From IMG/VR virus record IMGVR_UViG_3300029705_000009: a stretch of 64,000 bases of DNA, one strand, 5' to 3'. Positions 47,654-56,305 of this stretch are shown piece after piece. The DNA is from a virus (Duplodnaviria > Caudoviricetes). Positions within the stretch are counted from its first letter, which is position 1. Every line of letters starts with the position of its first letter. The position numbers and the translations under genes were made by a program. A model generated the notes under the pieces. It ran no database searches. It was not told the DNA's origin and saw only the letters and a list, made by a program, of their open reading frames with translations.

Positions 47654-48247
47654 ATGGCAAAAGTTACATTAAAAGATATTAAAATCCCAAATACTTGCGG
47701 AGAATGTAATTTTATTGGACGTTATGAAACTGGTCTATACGCTCGTAATCCACATTGTTGTTGTGAGTTGATGTGGGGTTTAAAAGAGGAAGACTATAAA
47801 GTTGATAAGAATTCACTTGATGAAAATTGTCCTCTAAAGGTTTTATTAGGTGCGAATAAATCCTGGTACGAAAAGACAGACTTATCTTCTATTGTTCGCA
47901 TTTCATTAAGCGATGATTTCATAGTTGACTACGACAAATCCAGAGGAATGTACAGAGTAAGCGTCTTTGATGACGGTCACTTCTGGGACGAGTTCTGGTT
48001 TGATGCTTATGAGGAGAAGGAAGTAGAAAATATATATCTAGTCTATGGCAATATAGAAGAAAGTGGAGATACTGATTCTTGGGTTGAAGCTATTTTCGAC
48101 AATAAAGAACAGGCGTTGTCTTGTGCAGAATATCTTAATTTAATAAAAAATCAAGAGAATGTAAGCTACTATGCATCTGGTTACGATTGGCATATGAACA
48201 AGATGGATTATGTAGAAGAACTGAAGAAGTTAAAAGATGGTAAATAA
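47654..48247 (+). CDS. multi-module hypothetical protein
   Basis: Cys-rich N-terminal module plus two further modules. Confidence 0.65.
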   Translation: MAKVTLKDIKIPNTCGECNFIGRYETGLYARNPHCCCELMWGLKEEDYKVDKNSLDENCPLKVLLGANKSWYEKTDLSSIVRISLSDDFIVDYDKSRGMYRVSVFDDGHFWDEFWFDAYEEKEVENIYLVYGNIEESGDTDSWVEAIFDNKEQALSCAEYLNLIKNQENVSYYASGYDWHMNKMDYVEELKKLKDGK

Positions 48248-48274
48248 AAATTATATTTAAAGTTGAGGTTACAT

Positions 48275-48676
48275 ATGCAGATATTAGCAGAAACAGAATA
48301 CCAGGATCTATACAGAGTAACAGATGGAGTACTTCTTGTAGTAAATAAATTCACTCCTATCTTCTATCCTCATATGGATAGACCTATATATTTATATTCT
48401 AATAAAGTAAAGACCGGCAAATATCATAAAGAATGCCAAGATGGATTAAGGGTATTAAAGGGTCAATGTGAGTATTCATATGCAGGAACAACAATAACAA
48501 TTCCTAAAGGAACCGTTACATATCACACTGTGCCGGTAGAACCAACAACTAACAAACCAGACTGGCAATATCAGATAAAGACAACCGGTGAATTATTTAG
48601 TGGAGATGCTGATCTAATGGATCGTTGGCTGAGTGATATCCTTTATAGGATTAGACAAGATGGTTGTAGAAAGTAA
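48275..48676 (+). CDS. hypothetical protein
   Basis: GAGG RBS. Confidence 0.65.
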   Translation: MQILAETEYQDLYRVTDGVLLVVNKFTPIFYPHMDRPIYLYSNKVKTGKYHKECQDGLRVLKGQCEYSYAGTTITIPKGTVTYHTVPVEPTTNKPDWQYQIKTTGELFSGDADLMDRWLSDILYRIRQDGCRK

Positions 48677-48690
48677 AGAGGAAATAGAAA

Positions 48691-49080
48691 ATGCTTATTA
48701 AATTGATTATTTTAGCAGCAATGCTCTTCTGTCATGTTGTAGATGATTACTATTTGCAAGGAATACTTGCATCTATGAAACAAAAGAACTGGTGGTCTAA
48801 AAATGCACCGGATCCGTTATATAAAAAAGATTACATAATGGCACTATTTATGCATAGCTTTAGTTGGGCATTTATGATTATGCTACCGATTTTAGCATAT
48901 GATTTCTACTCTTCTACTTTATGGAAGTTTTATCCTGATTTTTTGATTGTGAACTGTATAATCCATATGGCAGTGGATAATCTAAAGGCAAACATGCTAA
49001 AGATTAATTTAATACAGGATCAGAGCATACACATGCTTCAGATATTCGTAACTTGGTTGATTTGGTGTTGTAAGGCTTGA
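48691..49080 (+). CDS. DUF3307-like membrane protein
   Basis: HVVDDYYLQ..H..IHMAVD..DQSIH. Confidence 0.75.
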   Translation: MLIKLIILAAMLFCHVVDDYYLQGILASMKQKNWWSKNAPDPLYKKDYIMALFMHSFSWAFMIMLPILAYDFYSSTLWKFYPDFLIVNCIIHMAVDNLKANMLKINLIQDQSIHMLQIFVTWLIWCCKA

Positions 49081-49511
49081 GGAGTTCTATGACTAAATTA
49101 GAAAAGATAGATTTATTCCTACAAAAAGAAATTCAAAAGCAGCCTAAGACTTCTTTATTAAGAGAATTGTACGATCGAAAGAATTTTAAAAATGAAGAAC
49201 TGCTTTATTTATTTCCAAATAACAAACTGAAACGTAATGGATTGCCAATGAAGAAAGGTGGTTCAAAAAAGAAGAAAAAAATTAGACGAATGCTCCGTGA
49301 TCAACGTCTTTTCAATATTTTTGAAGATATTGTTGATGATGTTTTAACAAGCAAAATGAAATCTAATAAGTTCTTTACTGAGTTTGTTGATATAAAAAAC
49401 ATACATATAGGACAACAAAATGAGTGGCGTCCTAAATGCGATTTTGAGAGAATCACTAGATGGAGAACATTCGATGGAAATTGGAGGACATTAAATGAGA
49501 ACACTAATTAA
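49077..49511 (+). CDS. basic hypothetical protein
   Basis: Operonic ORF. Confidence 0.6.
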   Translation: MRSSMTKLEKIDLFLQKEIQKQPKTSLLRELYDRKNFKNEELLYLFPNNKLKRNGLPMKKGGSKKKKKIRRMLRDQRLFNIFEDIVDDVLTSKMKSNKFFTEFVDIKNIHIGQQNEWRPKCDFERITRWRTFDGNWRTLNENTN

Positions 49512-49707
49512 TTACATACGTTCCTGCTTCTGTAAGCATGAGTGGCAATGTCTAATAGAAAAATGTCCTGTATATGCTTCTGAACATGAAAATCCAATTA
49601 GATACATATGGGTCTACAGATGTGTGAAATGTGGATGTGAAGGAAAAGTAACAGTGATTAAAGGAGGATACAACAATGAGAATGGCATTAACAGGTCATC
49701 GACCTGA
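49495..49707 (+). CDS. small phage Zn-binding protein
   Basis: FCKHEW..CVKCG. Confidence 0.6.
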   Translation: MRTLINYIRSCFCKHEWQCLIEKCPVYASEHENPIRYIWVYRCVKCGCEGKVTVIKGGYNNENGINRSST

Positions 49708-50176
49708 AAGATTGGGATATCCGGAATTAGACTTTTGCACTACTTCTGAGTGGAGAAAAATTATTGATTGGTTAAAAGAAAAAATATTAGAGATTGGTAT
49801 AACGGACGCTTATTGTGGTATGGCAAGCGGATGTGATATTGCGTATGGTATTGCTGTATTAGAACTTAATGATGAAGCATCTTTATACAAAATTAACAGA
49901 CCAAAAATTAAATTACATTGTATCTTGCCTTGTAAAAATTATAATAGCAAGATTAAATGGCATAGAATCCTAAAAGCTTGTGCTGATGAATGGAATGAGT
50001 TATCTGAAGAATTTTATAAGGGTTGTGACAATGTTCGTGATCAATATATGGTGGATCATAGTGATAAAATATTTGCAATTTGGGATGGTAATAAATCTGG
50101 TGGAGTTTGGTCTACTATAAGGAAAGCTCAAAAAAGAGGTTTTGATGTTGTGTATTATCCCAAAGAAAAATTATAA
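49676..50176 (+). CDS. SLOG-superfamily (YspA/DUF1273-like) protein
   Basis: ALTGHRP, GMASGCD, RDQYMVD, WDG..GG. Confidence 0.8.
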   Translation: MRMALTGHRPERLGYPELDFCTTSEWRKIIDWLKEKILEIGITDAYCGMASGCDIAYGIAVLELNDEASLYKINRPKIKLHCILPCKNYNSKIKWHRILKACADEWNELSEEFYKGCDNVRDQYMVDHSDKIFAIWDGNKSGGVWSTIRKAQKRGFDVVYYPKEKL

Positions 50177-50191
50177 TAGGAGAATTTCTGT

Positions 50192-50959
50192 ATGAGTATT
50201 TATGTAACCGGCGACACACATGGAAATCTTACTCGCTTCTCTATAGATAGTTTCTATGAGCAAAAAGAAATGACTAACCAGGAAGATAATTATATGATTG
50301 TCCTCGGAGACTTTGGTAGAGTTTGGGATCAAGAAGAAAGTAAAGACGAAAAATGGTGGATTAATTGGCTGGAAAACAAACCTTTTTATACTCTTTTCGT
50401 TGATGGAAACCACGAGAACTTTGATAGACTGTATCAATATCCTGTAAAGGAATGGCATGGCGGTCTAGTCCACGAGATTCGTCCACATGTGCTGCACTTA
50501 ATGAGAGGACAAGTCTTTAATATTGAAGAACTTCTCTTCTTCACCTTCGGTGGGGCATCTTCTCATGATATTCATGATGGCATTTTAGATTGCGAAGATC
50601 CTAACTGGAAAGAAAAAGCAAAAGCTTTGGATAAGCAAGGCAAATATATGTACCGTATTAAAGGTTTATCATGGTGGCCTCAGGAGTTACCTACCGAGGA
50701 AGAGATGCAAACCGGTATTGATAACCTGACAAAGCATAATAACAAAGTAGACTTTATACTCTCCCACTCGCCTTCCACTTCTGAATTGTATTTAATGGGC
50801 GGCAAAGGATTGTATGAACCAGATATGCTTACAAATTACCTGGAAGAGATCAAAGCAACAACTGAATATAAGAGACACTTGTTCGCGCATATGCATGTGA
50901 ACAAAGCAATCAATGACAGAGATATTTGCTTGTATGAGCAGATTATTAGGATTAATTAA
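50192..50959 (+). CDS. calcineurin-like metallophosphoesterase
   Basis: GDTHG, GDFG, GNHE, HMH. Confidence 0.88.
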   Translation: MSIYVTGDTHGNLTRFSIDSFYEQKEMTNQEDNYMIVLGDFGRVWDQEESKDEKWWINWLENKPFYTLFVDGNHENFDRLYQYPVKEWHGGLVHEIRPHVLHLMRGQVFNIEELLFFTFGGASSHDIHDGILDCEDPNWKEKAKALDKQGKYMYRIKGLSWWPQELPTEEEMQTGIDNLTKHNNKVDFILSHSPSTSELYLMGGKGLYEPDMLTNYLEEIKATTEYKRHLFAHMHVNKAINDRDICLYEQIIRIN

Positions 50960-50969
50960 GGAGAAAACA

Positions 50970-51491
50970 ATGAACGAAAATTACATAATGTTAAATGGTA
51001 AACGTGTTGATCTGACCGAGGAGCAACTTGAGAAGCTTGGGATAAAGGTTGAGGTTGAGGTTGAGAAAGACTGTTTTAAAAGGGTAAATGCCACTAAATG
51101 TTATTATTTTACAAATGCAATAGGGGATTTAAGTAGTATGCCAGATTATGGCACCCTACTTGATGACCAACTTTACAAAGTAGCCAACTACTGCACTGAC
51201 AAATCCCTCATGCAGCAACGCACACTTCACGAAACTCTTGACCGTCTGCTCTGGAGATTCAGTATGCAGAATGATGGAGATAAGATTGATTGGAGTAATC
51301 AGTCAATAAAAAAATATTTTATAGCTTATGATTACCGTACAAAAAAATTTGAACCAGATTATATATATTCTTCATATGGTAGTAGTATAAAATATTATGT
51401 AGAATACTTTTACTCAGCCGAAGTAACCCAAAGAGCCATTTATGAAATCGTTCTTCCATTTATGAAAGAACATCCGGAGTTTGTGTGGTAA
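50970..51491 (+). CDS. phage hypothetical protein
   Basis: AAGGAG RBS. Confidence 0.7.
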   Translation: MNENYIMLNGKRVDLTEEQLEKLGIKVEVEVEKDCFKRVNATKCYYFTNAIGDLSSMPDYGTLLDDQLYKVANYCTDKSLMQQRTLHETLDRLLWRFSMQNDGDKIDWSNQSIKKYFIAYDYRTKKFEPDYIYSSYGSSIKYYVEYFYSAEVTQRAIYEIVLPFMKEHPEFVW

Positions 51492-51501
51492 GGAGAATAT
51501 T

Positions 51502-51858
51502 ATGATAGAAGGAATTGAAATTTTAGCACAGAGTGAGATTATGACGGATTCTAGCTGGACTGCATGGATTTTAGTATTGTTAGCATTTGGATTCGTTGTA
51601 TTTACAGGTGGATTAAGCAACAACATTGATTTCTTAGTTTTTATAGGTTGTATTGCACTGTCCATTAGTATAGTTGGAAGTTTGTTAATGGTAATTATAA
51701 ATCCAAAAGAACCAACCGGCAAATATGAATATCAAGTAACCATAGATGAAAATGTATCTTTTACTGAACTATACGAAAAGTATGAAGTGGTTGATCAGAA
51801 CGGAAAGATATGGGTTATAAGAGATAAAGATGTGGAAGATGTTAAAGAGGTGAAATAA
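51502..51858 (+). CDS. membrane protein
   Basis: Two TM segments. Confidence 0.7.
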   Translation: MIEGIEILAQSEIMTDSSWTAWILVLLAFGFVVFTGGLSNNIDFLVFIGCIALSISIVGSLLMVIINPKEPTGKYEYQVTIDENVSFTELYEKYEVVDQNGKIWVIRDKDVEDVKEVK

Positions 51859-51859
51859 C

Positions 51860-52153
51860 ATGGCACTGATGATTTCAGATGACAAGAAAAATTTTTATGT
51901 AACATGTAAATGTGGATGCGAAGGAATTCTTTTTAAAGTAGACGATTCCGATAAAGATTATGGGTGTTATGCATTATGCATGTGTTATAGCAATAATTAT
52001 TACAAGGATCAAGATGATACTGTTCTAAAAGTGATCAAAAGAAAGTTTAAGAAAATATGGGCAATTCTTAGAAATAAGGATTACTACTATTCTGAATTGA
52101 TTATGACTAAAGAAGATTTTGATAAGTTCAAAGAACATATCAATCAGTTTTAA
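51860..52153 (+). CDS. hypothetical protein
   Basis: ORF with RBS. Confidence 0.65.
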   Translation: MALMISDDKKNFYVTCKCGCEGILFKVDDSDKDYGCYALCMCYSNNYYKDQDDTVLKVIKRKFKKIWAILRNKDYYYSELIMTKEDFDKFKEHINQF

Positions 52154-52187
52154 TCATGAATAAGAGTAAATAAAATAATATATTGAG

Positions 52188-52787
52188 GTGATAACATTGA
52201 AAACATATACTATGGAAAACATAAAAATTTCACAGCATGCCAAAGCTCGTTATAGCGAACGTATAATGGATAAGGATGATAAATCAGATGTTGCAGTGTT
52301 TATTGCACAGCATGAACAGAAAATAAAAGAAGATATTTTTAAGATGATTCAGTATGGCACACTGCTCTACTCCGGCAAGTCTACATGTGAGTTTAATAAG
52401 CAGCCTGTAGATATCTTCTTGAACGGGACCTGGGTCGTTATTGTAGATATTGCAAAGGCAAATGTAATTACTTTATATAGCATTGATCTTGGTTTGGGCA
52501 ATGAGTTCAATAATGAATACATAAAGAGATTGCTTGATAAGTTGAATGTTGCAAAAGAGGAATATGATACTGTTGTTACTGGAATCATGACTCAGAAAGA
52601 AACTTACTCTTCTATTATTAAGGAAAACACGGATCAAATTAATGAACTGAAGCAGATGGTCAAGAATCTGGAAAAACAGAATCAGGCTTACACAGATGTG
52701 ATTGAAAGTTTGGAAACGGACAAGGTAATTGCAGAAAAGGAAGTTAGAGATATTATTGCTACCATGATTGGTAAGAAAGTGTTTTAG
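52188..52787 (+). CDS. hypothetical protein (ISQHAKARY N-domain plus coiled coil)
   Basis: HAxxR motif; C-terminal heptads. Confidence 0.7.
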   Translation: MITLKTYTMENIKISQHAKARYSERIMDKDDKSDVAVFIAQHEQKIKEDIFKMIQYGTLLYSGKSTCEFNKQPVDIFLNGTWVVIVDIAKANVITLYSIDLGLGNEFNNEYIKRLLDKLNVAKEEYDTVVTGIMTQKETYSSIIKENTDQINELKQMVKNLEKQNQAYTDVIESLETDKVIAEKEVRDIIATMIGKKVF

Positions 52788-52795
52788 GAGGATAT

Positions 52796-53248
52796 ATGGT
52801 AAAAGGTGACAAAATTAAATTAATAAAGCCAATTGGTATTTTCTCAAGTGTTGGTGAAATCTGTGAAGTAATTAATGTAACAGATACTGGCGTAATCAGT
52901 TTTGTGTTTAACGGTGGTCGTTCTTCTGGATGTATGTCATATGATGAATATTTAAAGCATTTTGAGTTGGTTCAGCCAGCAGAAAAGAAGCCAAGTGTTT
53001 GGACTGACTGGAAACTTGCAAATATTACATATTACGATTTGGGTAATGAATATTGTGGAAGTGAGATTTATTACAAGCATAATGGCAAAAGAGTTAAAGT
53101 GAAATGTCCTATTTGGGGTGTAAAGACAGAAGCCTGTTGCCATCATGAGGACGAGTTTGATCTTGCAAAAGGATTGAATTTGGCAAAATTTAGACTCATT
53201 GTAAAGATTTTAGATAGACAAGTTCAAGAAATTGCGGAGGGTATGTAA
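52796..53248 (+). CDS. hypothetical protein
   Basis: ACCHHEDEFDLAKG. Confidence 0.7.
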   Translation: MVKGDKIKLIKPIGIFSSVGEICEVINVTDTGVISFVFNGGRSSGCMSYDEYLKHFELVQPAEKKPSVWTDWKLANITYYDLGNEYCGSEIYYKHNGKRVKVKCPIWGVKTEACCHHEDEFDLAKGLNLAKFRLIVKILDRQVQEIAEGM

Positions 53249-53280
53249 TGTCAGTACATGATGATTTAGGAGCCAGGATG
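53248..53280 (+). pseudogene. possible 5' remnant of a Thg1-like tRNA-His guanylyltransferase
   Basis: MSVHDDLGARM resembles the Thg1-like N-terminus; similarity lost afterwards. Confidence 0.35.
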
Positions 53281-53344
53281 AGTGTTGCTATGAGTGAAAG
53301 GCTCTGCACTACCAGCTTAATTATGAGCAGAAGGAGGTCTATGA

Positions 53345-53608
53345 ATGATTGCATATGTTTATAATGAAAGACGAAGAGGATTATCTGTTCCTTTTGGAAT
53401 TAAAGTAGAAGAACATAACAGGAATAATTCTATCAAAGCATGTAGTATTAGAGTTAAGTGTTTAAATGATAATAAAGAATTTCGGTCTATGATGGATGCA
53501 GCAAAATTTTATAATATTTCTAAAACATCAATTTATAATAGTATTCAATACAATAAACCCGTTCTTTGTAGAAAACAAAATCAGAAATATCAATTCGTAA
53601 GATTATAA
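53345..53608 (+). CDS. NUMOD1-like HTH protein (homing-endonuclease remnant)
   Basis: VKCLNDNKEFRSMMDAAKFYNISKTSI. Confidence 0.6.
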   Translation: MIAYVYNERRRGLSVPFGIKVEEHNRNNSIKACSIRVKCLNDNKEFRSMMDAAKFYNISKTSIYNSIQYNKPVLCRKQNQKYQFVRL

Positions 53609-53623
53609 AGGAGAAAATAAGAA

Positions 53624-54073
53624 GTGACATTAGAAAAATTACAGGCAGAAATGGTGGCTGCTATGAAAGATAAAAATAAGGCACGTAAGGATACAATCTC
53701 CTCTCTCATCGGTGCAGTTAAGAAGACTGCCATTGATAAGAAGTGTAAGGATAACATTACTGAAGTTCTGGTGGACGAGGTAATCCTTAAGGAAAAGAAA
53801 ACTGTTCAGGAGATGATTGATACCTGTCCAGGAGAAAGAACAGAATTGTTACAGGAATACAAAGACAGAATGAATGTGATCAATGAGTTTGCTCCTAAGT
53901 TGATGACAGATGCATCAAAGATTCATACTGCTATCATGGATCTTCTAGCAAATGCACAGCTTGAACCGGTAAAAGTAAATAAGGGTTTGATTATGAAGGT
54001 TGTTATGCCGGCTATGAAAGGTAAAGCTGATATGAAGATTGTAAACAAAGTAATGGAAGAAATTTTGGAGTAA
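53624..54073 (+). CDS. GatB/YqeY domain protein
   Basis: AAMKDKNK..EFAPKLM..GLIMKVVM..KGKAD. Confidence 0.85.
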   Translation: MTLEKLQAEMVAAMKDKNKARKDTISSLIGAVKKTAIDKKCKDNITEVLVDEVILKEKKTVQEMIDTCPGERTELLQEYKDRMNVINEFAPKLMTDASKIHTAIMDLLANAQLEPVKVNKGLIMKVVMPAMKGKADMKIVNKVMEEILE

Positions 54074-54076
54074 ATA

Positions 54077-54292
54077 ATGAGAAGACCAGAGAGATTATAC
54101 GATTTTTATAGAGAATTAACCAGAGTACATGTTACGCATTTTCCAGATTTGAGATTTGGGCAATTTTGTATAGCTTTTATGCATTGGATTACCACTACAA
54201 AGGAAAGAGATCCTTTCTTTATTGAAGAACCGACAATGATTGATTTGTTACATGAGTATGTAGAGGAGAGACATGGCGAATTATTATATTAG
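54077..54292 (+). CDS. conserved phage small protein
   Basis: PDLRFGQ..DPFFIE. Confidence 0.7.
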   Translation: MRRPERLYDFYRELTRVHVTHFPDLRFGQFCIAFMHWITTTKERDPFFIEEPTMIDLLHEYVEERHGELLY

Positions 54293-54875
54293 CGATTTAC
54301 ATTTAAACCATAAAAATGTAACTGCAGAAGGAAAGAATTTTGATAATAGACCTTTTCAGACATTGGATGAGATGCATGAGGCTATAAAAAGAAATTGGAA
54401 TGCTAGAGTAACAAATTCTGATACTGTTTATCTCCTTGGTGATAGTATTTGGAATCTGACAGACGAGATGATTGCTTTAATGGCACAGCTTAAAGGCAAA
54501 AAGGTTGCAATCAAAGGAAATCATGACAAATTCAACGACATTCGTTATAAGCAGTTATTTTCTGAGATTTGTGATTATAAGGAAGTGTCAGATAATGTTC
54601 ATGGTATGAATTATATGCTTGTACTCTCCCATTTTCCTATCCTTATGTGGAATGGACAGCATAGAGGCTGGATTCACCTGTATGGACACGTACATAATTC
54701 TAATGATTATGCTTTTTATAAAGATTCTCTGAAAAGATTGAACGAGTATTATAAAGACCGAGATGGAGAAAATTTCAAACCGTTTTATGCTTATAACGTT
54801 GGATGTATGTTGGATTATATGGGATTTGTTCCAAGAACATTGGCAGAAATTGTAAGTGCAAATGAAAGTAAATAA
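54273..54875 (+). CDS. metallophosphoesterase
   Basis: SDLH, LGD, GNHD, HLYGHVH. Confidence 0.88.
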   Translation: MANYYISDLHLNHKNVTAEGKNFDNRPFQTLDEMHEAIKRNWNARVTNSDTVYLLGDSIWNLTDEMIALMAQLKGKKVAIKGNHDKFNDIRYKQLFSEICDYKEVSDNVHGMNYMLVLSHFPILMWNGQHRGWIHLYGHVHNSNDYAFYKDSLKRLNEYYKDRDGENFKPFYAYNVGCMLDYMGFVPRTLAEIVSANESK

Positions 54876-54894
54876 AATAATGAGGTGAGTAACT

Positions 54895-55158
54895 ATGTAT
54901 AGATTAATTAAGTATACAGGAAAAGATGGTACAGACAAATTATGCGAAGTCGCCGCTCTCCATCCTTTAGAAGGAGATTTTTATTGGCCATTAATGGTTG
55001 GAAATTCTATCGCTTTTGCATATAACGATGCTAGTGGAAAAATGTTGCGTAGCTCTGCTATTGAAGCAATGGATAAGGTAAATGGTCAGCTTGTTATTGT
55101 GACAAGAAACAGCGTATTTGTGTTTGAGGAAGTTGAGGAAAATTATGATTTATTTTGA
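54895..55158 (+). CDS. hypothetical protein
   Basis: ORF with RBS. Confidence 0.65.
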   Translation: MYRLIKYTGKDGTDKLCEVAALHPLEGDFYWPLMVGNSIAFAYNDASGKMLRSSAIEAMDKVNGQLVIVTRNSVFVFEEVEENYDLF

Positions 55159-56305
55159 TAATGCTGCCACTACAAAAGTTGACGAAGAAGTAATTGCTGA
55201 TATAGTTGAAGCTTTGAAGAATGATTGGGCAAATCCATCTTCTATTTCCAGTCAAGGAATTGTAGGCAGACAAAAAGTTGAACATGCAAGGAAACAAATT
55301 GCAGATTATATTAATGCTGATCCAGAGGAAATTATATTTGTAGCTTCTGGATCTGAGGCAAATAATTTAGCAATCAGAGGTTTTTTAGATGCCAATCCAG
55401 AATATAGCGTTGTTCCTCATTCAATGATAGAACATCCTAGTGTGGTAAATACTTGTAATTTGATTGCCGAATTAAGTCTTAAAACCAAGAAGTATCTTCT
55501 CCCGTTTGTTGATGTTGACATGCAAGGTTTGATTAATATGGATACTTTGAAATATTGGTTATCAGAATACAAATCAAAGTGTCTTGTAAGTATTATGATG
55601 GGGAACAACGAAATCGGCACGGTTCAAGACATAAAACGTATTTCTCAGCTTGTGCACAACTACAATGGCGTTTTTCACACTGATGCTGTTCAAGCTTTTG
55701 GTCAGATTCCTATAGATGTAAAAGAAATGGGAATTGACATGATGAGTGTAAGTGGTCACAAATTTGGTTGTCCCAAGGGAGTTGGATTTTTATATAAGAG
55801 AAAAGATATAGAAATCTACCCTCTTATCAATGGTGGTAGTCAGGAAATGAATCTTAGAGCTGGAACAGAAAATGTTCCTTATATAATTGCTATGGGAAAC
55901 CAGGTTGAGAGAATGAGTAAACGAGAATATCCAAATAGTATATTGGCAAATTATTTATATGAAAAGATTTGTTATGAGATTGGATATGATTTTGATGTTT
56001 GGTTGAATGGTTCCATTAAAAATAGATTGCCAAACAATCTCTCTCTCACTTTTCCTGGCGTTAACGCAGAAGCTCTTATCACTTTATTGGATATGAAAGG
56101 TGTTCAGGTATCTGCAGGATCGGCATGTTGTGCTGGTGATAAGGAGCCTAGTCGAGTTTTAAAAGCCATTGGATTGAGTGATGAAGAGGCTTTCAGTACT
56201 ATTAGGATTAGTCTTGGTAAAGACACTACTAAGGAAGAATGTGATGAGTTTGTTAGAATCCTTGGAGAATGTTTAGAAAGTTTAAAAATGGTTGGTGGTG
56301 AATAA
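55145..56305 (+). CDS. iscS: cysteine desulfurase (IscS/NifS family)
   Basis: IYFDNAATT, EHPSV, HTDAVQ, SGHK, GSAC. Confidence 0.92.
   Translation: MIYFDNAATTKVDEEVIADIVEALKNDWANPSSISSQGIVGRQKVEHARKQIADYINADPEEIIFVASGSEANNLAIRGFLDANPEYSVVPHSMIEHPSVVNTCNLIAELSLKTKKYLLPFVDVDMQGLINMDTLKYWLSEYKSKCLVSIMMGNNEIGTVQDIKRISQLVHNYNGVFHTDAVQAFGQIPIDVKEMGIDMMSVSGHKFGCPKGVGFLYKRKDIEIYPLINGGSQEMNLRAGTENVPYIIAMGNQVERMSKREYPNSILANYLYEKICYEIGYDFDVWLNGSIKNRLPNNLSLTFPGVNAEALITLLDMKGVQVSAGSACCAGDKEPSRVLKAIGLSDEEAFSTIRISLGKDTTKEECDEFVRILGECLESLKMVGGE

Noticed and set aside
2358-56305. DNA phosphorothioation system (DndB-like protein plus DndA-like desulfurase)
   Set aside because: The genes are 52 kb apart, no DndC/D/E or Ssp genes are seen, and the DGQHR protein is better explained as YopQ-like.
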